Source: Candidatus Aenigmatarchaeota archaeon (GTDB taxonomy: Archaea > Aenigmatarchaeota > Aenigmatarchaeia > CG10238-14 > SCSR01). From it: 41,132 bases of DNA. The first letter of the stretch is position 1, and each line of letters begins with the position of its first letter. Below are positions 18,361 through 27,552 of the stretch, piece after piece. Under the pieces are notes generated by a model. That model was not told the DNA's origin, did no database searches, and worked only from the letters and a program-made list of their open reading frames with translations. The stretch lies in assembly GCA_043818155.1 (NCBI GenBank), contig JBDRGB010000024.1, positions 1-41,132 on the forward strand. Reading direction: 5' to 3'. The translations under genes were made by a program, and so were the position numbers.

Positions 18361-18385
18361 ACGGAAAACAGGCAAGTGAACGAAG

Positions 18386-18835
18386 ATGGCGAAACTGACG
18401 CTGCAGAAGAAGCTCGCGGCAGATGTGCTGAAGGTCGGCCAGTCCAAGGTATGGATAAGCCCTGACAAGGAGAATCAGAAAGACTTACAGGCGGCGATCA
18501 CGCGCGCGGACATAAGACGGGCCATAAAGAAGGGCCTGATTAAGGCGAGGCTCGGCAAAATCCCGATGCCGGCCAGGGCGGGCAGAAGCAAGCGCAGAAA
18601 GAAGGCCGGGAGCAGGAAGGGATCGAAGTACGCGAGGCTGCCGAAAAAGAAGAGATGGATAGCGACCGTGAGGCCGTTGAGGAAGATGCTCAAGGAAATC
18701 AAGCTGGCGGGCGAGGTCGACAACGCGACATACAGGAAGCTTTACATGCTTATCAAGGGAGGCCAGTTCAGGAGCCGCAGCCATATGCGCATATACATGG
18801 AGCAGCACGGCATGCTGAAGAAGAAGCAGCAGTGA
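18386..18835 (+). CDS. rpl19e: 50S ribosomal protein eL19
   Basis: LQKKLAADVLKVGQSKVW and RRKKAGSRKGSKYAR motifs. Confidence 0.92.
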   Translation: MAKLTLQKKLAADVLKVGQSKVWISPDKENQKDLQAAITRADIRRAIKKGLIKARLGKIPMPARAGRSKRRKKAGSRKGSKYARLPKKKRWIATVRPLRKMLKEIKLAGEVDNATYRKLYMLIKGGQFRSRSHMRIYMEQHGMLKKKQQ

Positions 18836-18862
18836 CGCGCGGGCACGTACGAGTGATGGAAG

Positions 18863-19408
18863 ATGGCGAAATACAAACCGACGAGGAAGATGCAGTTCCG
18901 CCGCAGGCGAGAATGCAAAACGGATTACAAGCGCAGGCTCCAGCTGCTGCGCTCCGGCAAGCCGAGGCTCGTAGTGAGGAAGGGGGTGAAGTACATACGA
19001 TGCCAGGTGTTGCAGTTCGACCCGAAGGGCGACAGGACAGTGGCAAGCGCGATATCGCAGACGCTGAAGAAGCTCGGATGGACGTTCGCGTGCGACAACC
19101 TGCCCGCAGCGTACCTTACGGGCTACATGATAGGCAAGTTCGCCAAGGCCGGGGGCGTACACGAGGCAGTACTCGATATCGGGCTTTACCCGTCCACTAA
19201 GGGATCGCGATTGTACGCGGCCGCGAAGGGCGCGATAGACGCCGGGCTGAAAGTCCCGTGCGACGAGGCCATGTTCCCTGACGAGAAGCGCATCCGCGGC
19301 GAGCACATAGCCGCGCGTGACGCGAAGGCCGGCGAAATGCCGAAGACGTTCGAGCAAGTGAAGGAGAAGGTAGACAAGTATGGCGGCAAGGAAAAGCAAG
19401 GACGCTGA
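18863..19408 (+). CDS. rpl18: 50S ribosomal protein uL18
   Basis: FRRRRECKTDYKRRLQLL and PRLVVRK signatures. Confidence 0.92.
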   Translation: MAKYKPTRKMQFRRRRECKTDYKRRLQLLRSGKPRLVVRKGVKYIRCQVLQFDPKGDRTVASAISQTLKKLGWTFACDNLPAAYLTGYMIGKFAKAGGVHEAVLDIGLYPSTKGSRLYAAAKGAIDAGLKVPCDEAMFPDEKRIRGEHIAARDAKAGEMPKTFEQVKEKVDKYGGKEKQGR

Positions 19409-20246
19409 AGCGACCAAGGCGACGGAAGCCGTGCCTGATGCGAGCGAAGCGAAGGCCGAGGAGAAGGCCGAAGAGGTAGCAGTTATGCCGGAGAACGAAA
19501 CACATCTCGAAGCGGAAGCTGAAATCGAACCCGCGGCCGAGGTCGAGGCCGTGGAAGTGGAAACGGAAGAAGCGGAGACGCCGGTAGAAATACTGCAGCC
19601 GCGCGACGTGGGATATTGGAGGCCGAGGACCGCGCTGGGCAAGGAAGTGGCAAGCGGCGCGGCGAAGAGCATAGACGACGTGCTGAAGGCCGGTAGGAAG
19701 ATGCTGGAGCCTCAGATTGTCGACTTCCTCGTGCCGGAACTGAAGAGCGAGCTCATACAGATAGGCGGCCGCAAGGGCAAGGGCGGCGGTAAGGAGAGGA
19801 TACCAGTCAAGATCACCGCGACCATGCACCGTTCCGGCCGCAGGTTCACGTACAACGCGTTCGCCATAGTCGGCGACGAGGCGGGCTTGGTCGGCGTGGG
19901 CCGCGGGTCGGCGATAGAGACGCGCAGCGCCATCAACAAGGCGATCGGCCGCGCCAAGATGAACATCATACGCATCAAGCGCGGGTGCGGGAGCTGGGAA
20001 TGCGGATGCGGAGGCGACCACAGCATACCGTACAAGACCACCGGCAAGACCGGGAGCGTGAGCGTGGTGCTAATGCCCGCACCGAAGGGGCTGGGGCTGG
20101 CGGCGGACGACGAGTCGAAGAAGATATTGAAGATGGCCGGCATAAAGGACGTTTGGATGAAGACGTATGGCAACACGGGCATGCGGATAAACCTGGTCAA
20201 CGCGGTCTTCGACGCGCTGAAAAATCTGTATGCGTACGAGAGATAG
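19380..20246 (+). CDS. rps5: 30S ribosomal protein uS5 with an acidic N-terminal extension
   Basis: Core W.PRT.LGK.V and GRRFTYNAFAIVGD..G.VGVG. About 70 aa of E/A-rich sequence lie upstream. Overlaps the rpl18 end by 29 nt. Confidence 0.9.
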   Translation: MAARKSKDAEATKATEAVPDASEAKAEEKAEEVAVMPENETHLEAEAEIEPAAEVEAVEVETEEAETPVEILQPRDVGYWRPRTALGKEVASGAAKSIDDVLKAGRKMLEPQIVDFLVPELKSELIQIGGRKGKGGGKERIPVKITATMHRSGRRFTYNAFAIVGDEAGLVGVGRGSAIETRSAINKAIGRAKMNIIRIKRGCGSWECGCGGDHSIPYKTTGKTGSVSVVLMPAPKGLGLAADDESKKILKMAGIKDVWMKTYGNTGMRINLVNAVFDALKNLYAYER

Positions 20247-20258
20247 GGTGATGATGGG

Positions 20259-20714
20259 ATGTTAACTGTTGTGAGAATCAGGGGGACGATGAACACGCGC
20301 GACACCATAGGCGAGACGCTTAGGATGCTGCGTCTCGACAAGACGAACATGTGCGTGGTCCTTCCGGACACGCAGTCGTTCCGCGGCATGCTCGCGAAGG
20401 CGAGGGGCAGGACTGCGTACGGAACGATAACGCTCGATACATTCAAGCTGCTGCTCACAAAGCGCGGGAGGCTCGAGGCCGGCCGCCGCCTGAGCGCGGA
20501 CACAGTCAAGGAGACCGGATACGAGAGCGTGGAGGCGCTCGCAAAGGCGATATTCGAAGGCAAGGCCAGGATGGCGGACGTGCCGAAGCTCAAGCCGGTG
20601 TTCAGGCTGACCCCGGCCGTGCGCGGTATGAAGAGCGCGAAGCAGCACTGGCCGAAAGGCGACCTCGGGGACCGCGGGGAGAAGATGAACGAACTTATAA
20701 AATCGATGATTTAA
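20259..20714 (+). CDS. rpl30: 50S ribosomal protein uL30
   Basis: VVRIRGTMNTRDTIGETLRMLRL pattern. Operon position. Confidence 0.88.
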   Translation: MLTVVRIRGTMNTRDTIGETLRMLRLDKTNMCVVLPDTQSFRGMLAKARGRTAYGTITLDTFKLLLTKRGRLEAGRRLSADTVKETGYESVEALAKAIFEGKARMADVPKLKPVFRLTPAVRGMKSAKQHWPKGDLGDRGEKMNELIKSMI

Positions 20715-20754
20715 ATCTGAAGAGCGGGACATGGGTTGCAGCGGGGCGATCAAG

Positions 20755-21264
20755 ATGGTTGTGCGAAGGTCGAAGAAGAACAGGAAACACCGCGGGAAGC
20801 GGACGCAAGGATACGGCTGCCACAAGAAGCACAGGGGCAGCGGAAGCCGCGGAGGCAGTGGGCAAGCCGGCATGCACAAACACAAGTGGAGCTACACTAC
20901 TTCGTACGAACCGGAACATTTCGGCAAGCGGGGCTTCAGGCCGCCGAAGACGATGGCCGCGGAAGTAAAGGCTATCAACATCGGCAACATCGAGGCGCTG
21001 GCCGGAGGGAAGAATAAAATCGACTTGGCCGCGCTCGGGTACGGGAAAGTTTTAGCGGGCGGGACAATCGGTAGGCCGATGGAAGTCATAGCGCCTGTGT
21101 TTTCGAGGAGGGCGGCCGAGAAGATAGAGGCCGCGGGCGGGAAGGCCGAAGGCGTGGTGGCTGGCGTGAAGGAAGCTGCCAAAGCCGGCGAAGGCAAGGC
21201 CGGCGGTGAAAGCGAGGAAGAGGTTGAGGAACCCGGGGACGAGCAATCCGAAGAGGAAGAGTAG
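20755..21264 (+). CDS. rpl15: 50S ribosomal protein uL15
   Basis: Start at MVVRRSKKNRKHRG. GSGSRGGSGQAGMHKH motif. Acidic C-terminal tail. Confidence 0.9.
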   Translation: MVVRRSKKNRKHRGKRTQGYGCHKKHRGSGSRGGSGQAGMHKHKWSYTTSYEPEHFGKRGFRPPKTMAAEVKAINIGNIEALAGGKNKIDLAALGYGKVLAGGTIGRPMEVIAPVFSRRAAEKIEAAGGKAEGVVAGVKEAAKAGEGKAGGESEEEVEEPGDEQSEEEE

Positions 21265-21265
21265 G

Positions 21266-22720
21266 ATGGACCTGAACCTTGGCAAACATGTGGAGAACTT
21301 CGTGAAATACCTACCTTCCGTGCACAAGCCGACGTACAAGCAGACCGTCAACACGCGCCTGAAGTGGACCGGCATCGCGCTTCTGCTTTACTTCATGCTG
21401 TCGTTCGTCCGGGTATTCGGAGTGGACACGAGCGACTCGACCATGTCTCAGCAGTTCCAGTTCTTCGAGATAGTGCTGGGTTCCAAGTTCGGAAGCCTCA
21501 TGACGCTCGGAATCGGACCGATAGTCACCGGCGGCATAATACTGCAGCTGCTGGTCGGCTCGAAGATAATCGACTGGGACACCACGAAGGAGGAGGGGAG
21601 GAAGAAGTTCAACACGTGGAACAAGTTCCTGGCCGTGGTGCTGTGCTTCGTGGAAGCCGTCGCGTTCGTGCTCGCGGGCGCGGTTCCTGTGAGCGGCGGG
21701 CCGGAGCTGATGGCGTTCGTGATGCTGCAGCTGGCGGCGGGCGCGATAATCGTCATACTGCTCGACGAAATAGTGACCAAGTGGGGTTTTGGGAGCGGCA
21801 TAAGCCTGTTCATCGCGGCAGGCGTGGGCAGCCAGGTGCTCATCCGTGTGCTCTCGCCCTTCGTGTCCCCGCCGGTGTGCCAGCCCGGCAATCTGTTCTC
21901 GTGCCTGCCGACGTCCACGAACCCGCCGACCGGCTTGATATGGGTTTTCATGCTCAACATACTTTCGGGTAACACCGCGGCCGCGCTGGCCGCCGCGCTG
22001 CCGATCGCGGCCACTGTCGCGATATTCCTCTTGGTCGTCTACATACAGGACATACGCGTCGAGATACCGCTGACCTTCGCCGCGATGCGCGGGTTCGGGC
22101 GCAGCTGGGGACTGAAGCTGCTGTACACCAGCAACATACCCGTCATACTCACTGCCGCTCTGGTGGCGAACATGCAGCTCGTGGGCAAGATGGGCGTGGG
22201 GCCTGCCGGGGCCGACGGCTTTTCGTGCGGGATGCTCGGATGCTTCGACGGCCAGGGTAACATAGTCAGCGGGGTCGTTTACTACCTGACCTCGCCGAAG
22301 AACCTGCTCAGTGGGATCGTGAACGGTACCGTGGTCGCGTCGGAATTGATGCGCGCGCTCACCTACATGACCTTCATGGCCACGGCCGCCATGCTGTTCT
22401 CCATGTTCTGGATAACAACGTCGGGCATGGACGCGTCCACGGTCGCCGAACAGATAGAGAGCGCGGGCATGCAGATACCCGGCTACAGGAAGGACAAGAA
22501 CGTGATGGCCGAGGTCCTCAACAGGTACATACCGTACCTTGCTGCGCTGGGCGGTCTGACGGTCGGACTAATCGCGTCGCTCGCGGACTTCGTGGGCGCG
22601 CTCGGTACCGGCACTGGAATGCTTTTAACTGTTATGATAGTATACAATTACTACGAGGAGCTGCGGTCGCAGCGCCTGGACGAGGCGCACCCGCTCGTGA
22701 GGAGGCTCTTCGGGGAGTAG
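21266..22720 (+). CDS. secY: Preprotein translocase subunit SecY
   Basis: 484 aa with 10 TM segments. Start at MDLNLGKH, one nt after the rpl15 stop. GIGPIVTGGIILQLL plug/TM2 motif. Confidence 0.95.
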   Translation: MDLNLGKHVENFVKYLPSVHKPTYKQTVNTRLKWTGIALLLYFMLSFVRVFGVDTSDSTMSQQFQFFEIVLGSKFGSLMTLGIGPIVTGGIILQLLVGSKIIDWDTTKEEGRKKFNTWNKFLAVVLCFVEAVAFVLAGAVPVSGGPELMAFVMLQLAAGAIIVILLDEIVTKWGFGSGISLFIAAGVGSQVLIRVLSPFVSPPVCQPGNLFSCLPTSTNPPTGLIWVFMLNILSGNTAAALAAALPIAATVAIFLLVVYIQDIRVEIPLTFAAMRGFGRSWGLKLLYTSNIPVILTAALVANMQLVGKMGVGPAGADGFSCGMLGCFDGQGNIVSGVVYYLTSPKNLLSGIVNGTVVASELMRALTYMTFMATAAMLFSMFWITTSGMDASTVAEQIESAGMQIPGYRKDKNVMAEVLNRYIPYLAALGGLTVGLIASLADFVGALGTGTGMLLTVMIVYNYYEELRSQRLDEAHPLVRRLFGE

Positions 22721-23218
22721 GTGTTCCGGATGTTCGAGCAGATTACGGGCATGACCGTGGCCGCGATGGACGCGACATTCGCACCGCTGATGGCTTTCGG
22801 CCCGATGGTGTCGCTTTTCGCCGTATCCGCGGCGATAACCGTCAGCATAACGCTGCTGGGCAGGCTGCTGACTAACAACAAGGCAGTGAAAGAGCTCAAG
22901 TCGAAGATGCAGGAGCTGCGAGAGCAGATGACCGCGGCGCAGAAGGCGGGCGACAAGGACGCCGTGAACCGCCTGCTCGAGCAGACCATGCGGATGAACA
23001 ACGAGTTCATGAAGCACAGCTACAAGTCGCTCTTCGTTTCGCTCGTGGTGATATCCATTTTCCTGCCGTGGCTGAGGCACAGCTACGAGGGCATGGCCAT
23101 AGCTTCGCTGCCGTTCGCGCTCCCGTTCGTCGGCACCAGCCTGACCTGGGTGGTATGGTACATACTCGTCTCGTTCACGATCGGCTGGGTGGTCAGGAAG
23201 ATGTTCGGGTTCGAATAG
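22721..23218 (+). CDS. DUF106 (EMC3/TMCO1-like, archaeal YidC/Oxa1-family insertase)
   Basis: 165 aa: TM segment, then coiled coil (KELKSKMQELREQMTAAQKAGDKDAVNRL), then two TM segments. The GTG start directly abuts the secY stop; the alternative start is ATG 22730. Confidence 0.72.
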   Translation: MFRMFEQITGMTVAAMDATFAPLMAFGPMVSLFAVSAAITVSITLLGRLLTNNKAVKELKSKMQELREQMTAAQKAGDKDAVNRLLEQTMRMNNEFMKHSYKSLFVSLVVISIFLPWLRHSYEGMAIASLPFALPFVGTSLTWVVWYILVSFTIGWVVRKMFGFE

Positions 23219-23220
23219 CC

Positions 23221-23254
23221 AAGCCGCGCGGCTTGCTTGGTTTGATTCGTTTTT
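23221..23254 (+). terminator. Hairpin plus oligo-T after the DUF106 gene
   Basis: AAGCCGCGCGGCTT hairpin (AGCC/GGCT stem with a GCGC tetraloop) followed by a T-rich stretch ending in T5 (23250-23254). Confidence 0.4.
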
Positions 23255-23268
23255 AAGCATCGGACGCG

Positions 23269-23278
23269 TATAAGAAAA
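23269..23278 (+). promoter_or_regulatory. TATA-like box for rpl34e (leaderless)
   Basis: TATAAGAAAA begins 26 nt upstream of ATG 23295. Confidence 0.4.
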
Positions 23279-23294
23279 GGCAGGCGTGATTCGC

Positions 23295-23507
23295 ATGGCG
23301 TACACAGGAGGCAAGGGTAAGAAGCGCAAACTGAAGCGTTCGGCCGCTGCGTGCGCTTCGTGCGGGGCCCGGCTGCAGGGCGTGCCGAAGGCCGGCATGA
23401 TTGCCGTCAGGCGGATGCCGAGGTCTAACCGCGTGCCTAACAGGCCGTACGGGGGCAACCTGTGCGTGCGATGCATGCGAGAGGCATTCAAGAGCAAGGT
23501 CGTATAA
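23295..23507 (+). CDS. rpl34e: 50S ribosomal protein eL34 (N-terminally short)
   Basis: CASCGARLQGVP....R..R.NRPYGGNLC.RCMRE signature. An in-frame stop at 23271 prevents a longer N-terminus. Confidence 0.8.
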   Translation: MAYTGGKGKKRKLKRSAAACASCGARLQGVPKAGMIAVRRMPRSNRVPNRPYGGNLCVRCMREAFKSKVV

Positions 23508-23539
23508 ATATTGATGCAGTGATGTTGGAGGGTGTTGTG

Positions 23540-23923
23540 ATGGCGTCGCTTGAAACTGGTCGCGTGTGTATGAAGATATCTGGCCGCGAGGCGGGATGCT
23601 ATTGCGTTGTTGTCAAACCCGCGGGCGCTGCGAAGCAGGATAGGAGCTTCGTCACCGTGACAGGGCCTAAGCTGCTCACAGGCGTGAAGCGCAGGAAGGC
23701 GAACATATCCCACCTGAAGGCAACGGAGCACAAACTCGAGGTCTCGGAGGACGCGAACGACGAGGCAGTGATCGCGGCGTACGACAAGGCCGGACTGACG
23801 ACCAAGCTCGGGCTGAAGAAGCCTAGCGCCGCCGAGATGAAGGCGCGCGAGCAGAAAGCCGCGCAGAAGGCCGAGACGGCGAAGAAGGCCAAGCCGGAGC
23901 AGAAGAAGGGGAAGGGCAAGTAG
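23540..23923 (+). CDS. rpl14e: 50S ribosomal protein eL14 (KOW) with a K-rich C-terminal tail
   Basis: ETGRVCMKISGREAGCYCVVV...VTGPK.LTGVKRRKANI.HL matches L14e. GGAGGGTG lies upstream of ATG 23540. Confidence 0.82.
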   Translation: MASLETGRVCMKISGREAGCYCVVVKPAGAAKQDRSFVTVTGPKLLTGVKRRKANISHLKATEHKLEVSEDANDEAVIAAYDKAGLTTKLGLKKPSAAEMKAREQKAAQKAETAKKAKPEQKKGKGK

Positions 23924-23942
23924 GCGGCCGCCCGCAGGAACG

Positions 23943-23950
23943 TTTTAAAT
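23943..23950 (+). promoter_or_regulatory. TATA-like box for the 125-aa ORF (leaderless)
   Basis: TTTTAAAT is centred about 26 nt upstream of ATG 23973. Confidence 0.4.
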
Positions 23951-23972
23951 CCTTCGCATCCATTTCTTTCAT

Positions 23973-24350
23973 ATGCCGAAGTACGAATCCGTAGTGGACT
24001 GTAGGCCGCATGGTAGGCTCTACATACGGATACCAGACGAGCTCTTCACGGCCGAGGAGTACCCGTTCAGCAGAGAGTGCGCCGAGGATATATATTTCAA
24101 CGTAGTGCCCGGCAACGAATCGGCCCTGGAAGCGTACAAGCTCACCATGTTTGGAGCCGATGCCCCCACGTCCCTCAAAAACATACTTTTGCTCCCGGGA
24201 GAAGTCATGCCGTTCGCCAACAAACACTCCAGGTCGTCCGTGCTTCGTGTCCCGGAATCGTCCAGCTTCCCGTTCAGCCATGGCGACAGAGTATGCATTT
24301 CTGTTGTTGGTCGGGAAATCGCAGGATTTAGGATAGAGAAAATCGGATGA
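23973..24350 (+). CDS. Hypothetical protein (125 aa)
   Basis: ORF with genome-typical codon usage and a promoter-like box. No motif recognised. Confidence 0.5.
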   Translation: MPKYESVVDCRPHGRLYIRIPDELFTAEEYPFSRECAEDIYFNVVPGNESALEAYKLTMFGADAPTSLKNILLLPGEVMPFANKHSRSSVLRVPESSSFPFSHGDRVCISVVGREIAGFRIEKIG

Positions 24351-24362
24351 ATTTGCCGCGTC

Positions 24363-25457
24363 CTAGATCGTCTTCAAGCCGCCCGCGTCGCCGCCAGCGC
24401 CCGAAACGTCCGCCTGCGACTTCATGGCCTCCGGCTCGCCGCGGCCGCCTGACTGGACTAGCTTGAAGATGCCACCGAGCAGCCACACTATGACAATTAT
24501 CAGCACTATGATTATGCCTATGGTTATCGGGGTGAGGTACGAATCGTAAGCTCCGGCACCGAGCGCGCTGTCGATGAAGCCGGTGAAGGCGCTGATCGCG
24601 CCGCCTATGACCCCGAACGACTTGTCTATCGCAGACTGGCTGGCCGAGGTCGTGGTCGTCGGCTTGACCTTCTCACCGGGCACCAGATAAGGCCCGACCT
24701 TGGTGAAGTTTATCACTTTGTCCTTGAACGGGTACTCTACCATCAGCGACACTGTGCCTGCGGACGTTGTCGGTATTATGCTGAACGAACCGACAGTCGA
24801 GTCGCCAGCCTCGATGCTGAACGTCTTGGACGCCGCATCCGACTGCCATTCCTTCGGTATCTGCAGCGACACGACCGCAGCCGTCTTTATCGGTGCTTTG
24901 TTGTCTATCTTGAAGCTCATCGTGAACGGCTCGAACTCCTTGACCGTCTCGGGCACCAGTATGTCCGATATCTCCAGCTGAGGTGTCTGGCTGATGTTCG
25001 GGGCCGCTGCGCCGACCTTCAATACGAAATAAGTGCTGTTCGTGACCTGGCGGAACGAGTGGTACTCGGTGCCTGTTATCGCGACTATGTGGCTGCCCGA
25101 AGCGCCGGGCGGCACCTTGATATTAACAGTGAAGTTGTCGGGCACGCGGAACACGCCGTCGACCGGGTTCCATTCGCGAAGTATGCGCACCTCGTCGAAG
25201 TGCGACGGCGCTACTGAGTACTCATAGTCGAGGCCATCCACCTTCAGGTCGAAGTTGTGCAGCCAGTACATGCCGGTGACTAGCACGCCGCCCTCAATGG
25301 TGATTTCCTCGCCGGGCTGCGCCACGACTTCGTCTGGCACCTGCAACTCGAACATGTAGAAAGTTCTGGCCGAATTGCTCAACGTGGGCATCATGAAAAC
25401 GCCCACCGCGAGGAACGCGGCGGCCGAAACCAAAAACAACGATTTGTCGAGCCTCAT
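24363..25457 (-). CDS. Cell-surface protein (signal peptide, beta-sandwich repeats, Thr-rich linker, C-terminal TM anchor)
   Basis: N-terminal hydrophobic signal (LFLVSAAAFLAVGVFMM). Two CARDB/NEW3-like segments called by eye. KPTTTTS linker. C-terminal TM segment ITIGIIIVLIIVIVWLLGGIF. Confidence 0.62.
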   Translation of the reverse strand: MRLDKSLFLVSAAAFLAVGVFMMPTLSNSARTFYMFELQVPDEVVAQPGEEITIEGGVLVTGMYWLHNFDLKVDGLDYEYSVAPSHFDEVRILREWNPVDGVFRVPDNFTVNIKVPPGASGSHIVAITGTEYHSFRQVTNSTYFVLKVGAAAPNISQTPQLEISDILVPETVKEFEPFTMSFKIDNKAPIKTAAVVSLQIPKEWQSDAASKTFSIEAGDSTVGSFSIIPTTSAGTVSLMVEYPFKDKVINFTKVGPYLVPGEKVKPTTTTSASQSAIDKSFGVIGGAISAFTGFIDSALGAGAYDSYLTPITIGIIIVLIIVIVWLLGGIFKLVQSGGRGEPEAMKSQADVSGAGGDAGGLKTI

Positions 25458-25658
25458 AGCCCTTTCCTTGTCCGTTATTTCGATATGTATAAGAGTCCTC
25501 TCAAACTTTTATGCTAATCGTAGAAAAGCTTTTGAATGTTCGGTGCGAATCGCGCGAAAGTTTATAAATCTTCCAGAAAATCCGCGCTCCCGCGAATCGG
25601 GCGCGTAAACCCCGGCACATCTTGAAATTCTTTTCCCACCAATCTTTAATAGTTCCAT

Positions 25659-26429
25659 ATGAGGCCGAAGACGGAATCGCACAAGCTCGAGTTCCCGCGG
25701 ATCGCCGCGTTGTCCGTTGCACTCCTCGTTTTGGCTGCCGCGGCCGGCTGCGCCGCCGCGAAGGCGTCGTCTTCCCAGGAAACGCCGCCGCCTGTCTACG
25801 GCATAGAGATATACGAGTACGACCGCACCATACAGCAGCCGGTCGGCGCGGCCGTCGTGTACGCGGTCAAGGTGCGGAACACCGGAGTGCTCGATCTCAC
25901 GGGCGTCGGGCTGTCGGCGGAAAAGCTTCCGACCGTGCTTTTCCAATCGACAGCGCTCGGCCCCAAGGTGCTGAGGTTCGGCGAAACGTCGGAGCTCTAC
26001 TATAAAATCTTGGTGCCTGAGGGGTTCGATGGGACTTACACGTTCTCGATTGCCGCAACAGCATCGTACGGCGCCGGCAACACGTCGCACTCGAAGCCGG
26101 TGCAGTTGAGCGTGGCCGCCAGCCCAGGCAAGCCGACCACGACAACCAGCACGCCCGGCGTGGCAAGCATAGACGCGATTCTTCCGATGATAGTCGCGGG
26201 CACGGCCGAAAAACCGTCCGCTGGCGTCCAGCCAGGCAGGATGCTCGCCGACATCGCGGAAGTTTTCTTCTCCAAGTTCCGGTCCGGCGTGGAGTACGCG
26301 CGCGTGACCGCGTCGTCCACCATTTCGGACTCCGTTATGCTACGCACTATCGCCGCAGCGTTGTTAGCCATCATGCTGCTCATGATAGTAGTCCGAAATG
26401 CACTCATAACCGCTATGCGCCATGGCTGA
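25659..26429 (+). CDS. Putative surface lipoprotein with a Thr-rich linker and a C-terminal TM segment
   Basis: Lipobox-like LAAAAGC after a hydrophobic signal, one beta-sandwich-like segment, a GKPTTTTS linker and a C-terminal TM segment (AAALLAIMLLMIVV). Confidence 0.6.
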   Translation: MRPKTESHKLEFPRIAALSVALLVLAAAAGCAAAKASSSQETPPPVYGIEIYEYDRTIQQPVGAAVVYAVKVRNTGVLDLTGVGLSAEKLPTVLFQSTALGPKVLRFGETSELYYKILVPEGFDGTYTFSIAATASYGAGNTSHSKPVQLSVAASPGKPTTTTSTPGVASIDAILPMIVAGTAEKPSAGVQPGRMLADIAEVFFSKFRSGVEYARVTASSTISDSVMLRTIAAALLAIMLLMIVVRNALITAMRHG

Positions 26430-26471
26430 CCGCATGGTAAGCAATGCGGCGTACAGAGAGCCGGCCATTGA

Positions 26472-26478
26472 TTTATAG
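26472..26478 (+). promoter_or_regulatory. TATA-like box for cbf5 (leaderless)
   Basis: TTTATAG is centred about 27 nt upstream of ATG 26502. It follows the hairpin CCGCAT-GGTAAGCA-ATGCGG (26432-26451). Confidence 0.4.
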
Positions 26479-26501
26479 TTGATTTCAAGAAATCTTATCT
26501 T

Positions 26502-27530
26502 ATGCCGAAGGCGCCGAAGACGAAAAGGAGAACGGAAGCGAAGGAAGGCCGATGGCTGGTCAGGGCGGACGAGGAGACCGACGAATCGCTGGGCAAGCGG
26601 CCGGCCGACCGAACGATAGCCGAGGTACTGAAGGCCGCGGTGGTCGTCGTGGACAAGCACTCGGGCCCGATTTCGCACCAGGTCACGGCATGGGCCGGCC
26701 GGATTTTCGGCGCTGGACGCAGCGGCCATTCGGGCACGCTCGACCCCGGCGTCAGCGGCGTGCTGCTGGTCGCGCTTAACGACGCGACGAAGGCCATGCC
26801 CGTACTGATGGCGGCGGACAAGGAATACGTCGGCGTGATGCGGCTGCACGCGGACGTTCGCGAGGATGCGCTGAAGGCGAAAATAGCCGAATTCGTAGGA
26901 ACGATAAAGCAGCTGCCCCCTGTGAAGTCGGCGGTCGCGCGCAGGGTGCGCAAGCGCGAAATAAAATTCTTCGACATGCTCGAGCTCGACGGCCGCGACG
27001 TGCTGTTCCGCGTCGGTTGCGAGGCCGGCACTTACATCCGCAAGCTCTGCCACGACGTCGGCGAGGCGCTCGGCGTGGGCGCGCACATGACGGAACTGCG
27101 GCGCGTGCGGGCCGGCATGTTCGACGAACGCAAGTCGCACAGCCTCATGGACGTCAAGGACGCGTACGAAAGGTGGAAGGAAACGGGCGACGAGAAGCCG
27201 CTGAGAAGCATGCTCATGCCAGTCGAGCACGCGATACTCGATACCAAGGCCGTGCTCGTCAAGGATTCGGCCGTCGACGAGGTGTGCCACGGAGCGCCCG
27301 TATACGCTGCCGGAATCACGCGCGTACAGCCCGGAATCGAGCCCGGCCGGACAGTGGCTGTGTACACGCAGAAGGAAGAGCTCGTCGCGCTGGGCATCGC
27401 GCGCATGGGCAGCGAGGAGATGGCGAAGGTTAGGAAGGGCACGGCCGTGCGCACCGACCGCGTGTTCATGGAGCGCGGCGTTTACGGCATGCATGCCCGC
27501 GCAAAAGACTTAAAGGAGAAACGCGCATAG
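26502..27530 (+). CDS. cbf5: H/ACA RNP pseudouridine synthase Cbf5 (TruB family with PUA domain)
   Basis: HSGTLDPGVSGVLLV catalytic-Asp motif, GTYIRKLCHD, and a C-terminal PUA-like segment. Confidence 0.9.
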   Translation: MPKAPKTKRRTEAKEGRWLVRADEETDESLGKRPADRTIAEVLKAAVVVVDKHSGPISHQVTAWAGRIFGAGRSGHSGTLDPGVSGVLLVALNDATKAMPVLMAADKEYVGVMRLHADVREDALKAKIAEFVGTIKQLPPVKSAVARRVRKREIKFFDMLELDGRDVLFRVGCEAGTYIRKLCHDVGEALGVGAHMTELRRVRAGMFDERKSHSLMDVKDAYERWKETGDEKPLRSMLMPVEHAILDTKAVLVKDSAVDEVCHGAPVYAAGITRVQPGIEPGRTVAVYTQKEELVALGIARMGSEEMAKVRKGTAVRTDRVFMERGVYGMHARAKDLKEKRA

Positions 27531-27552
27531 TGATTGAGTGGTGGGTGGCCGA

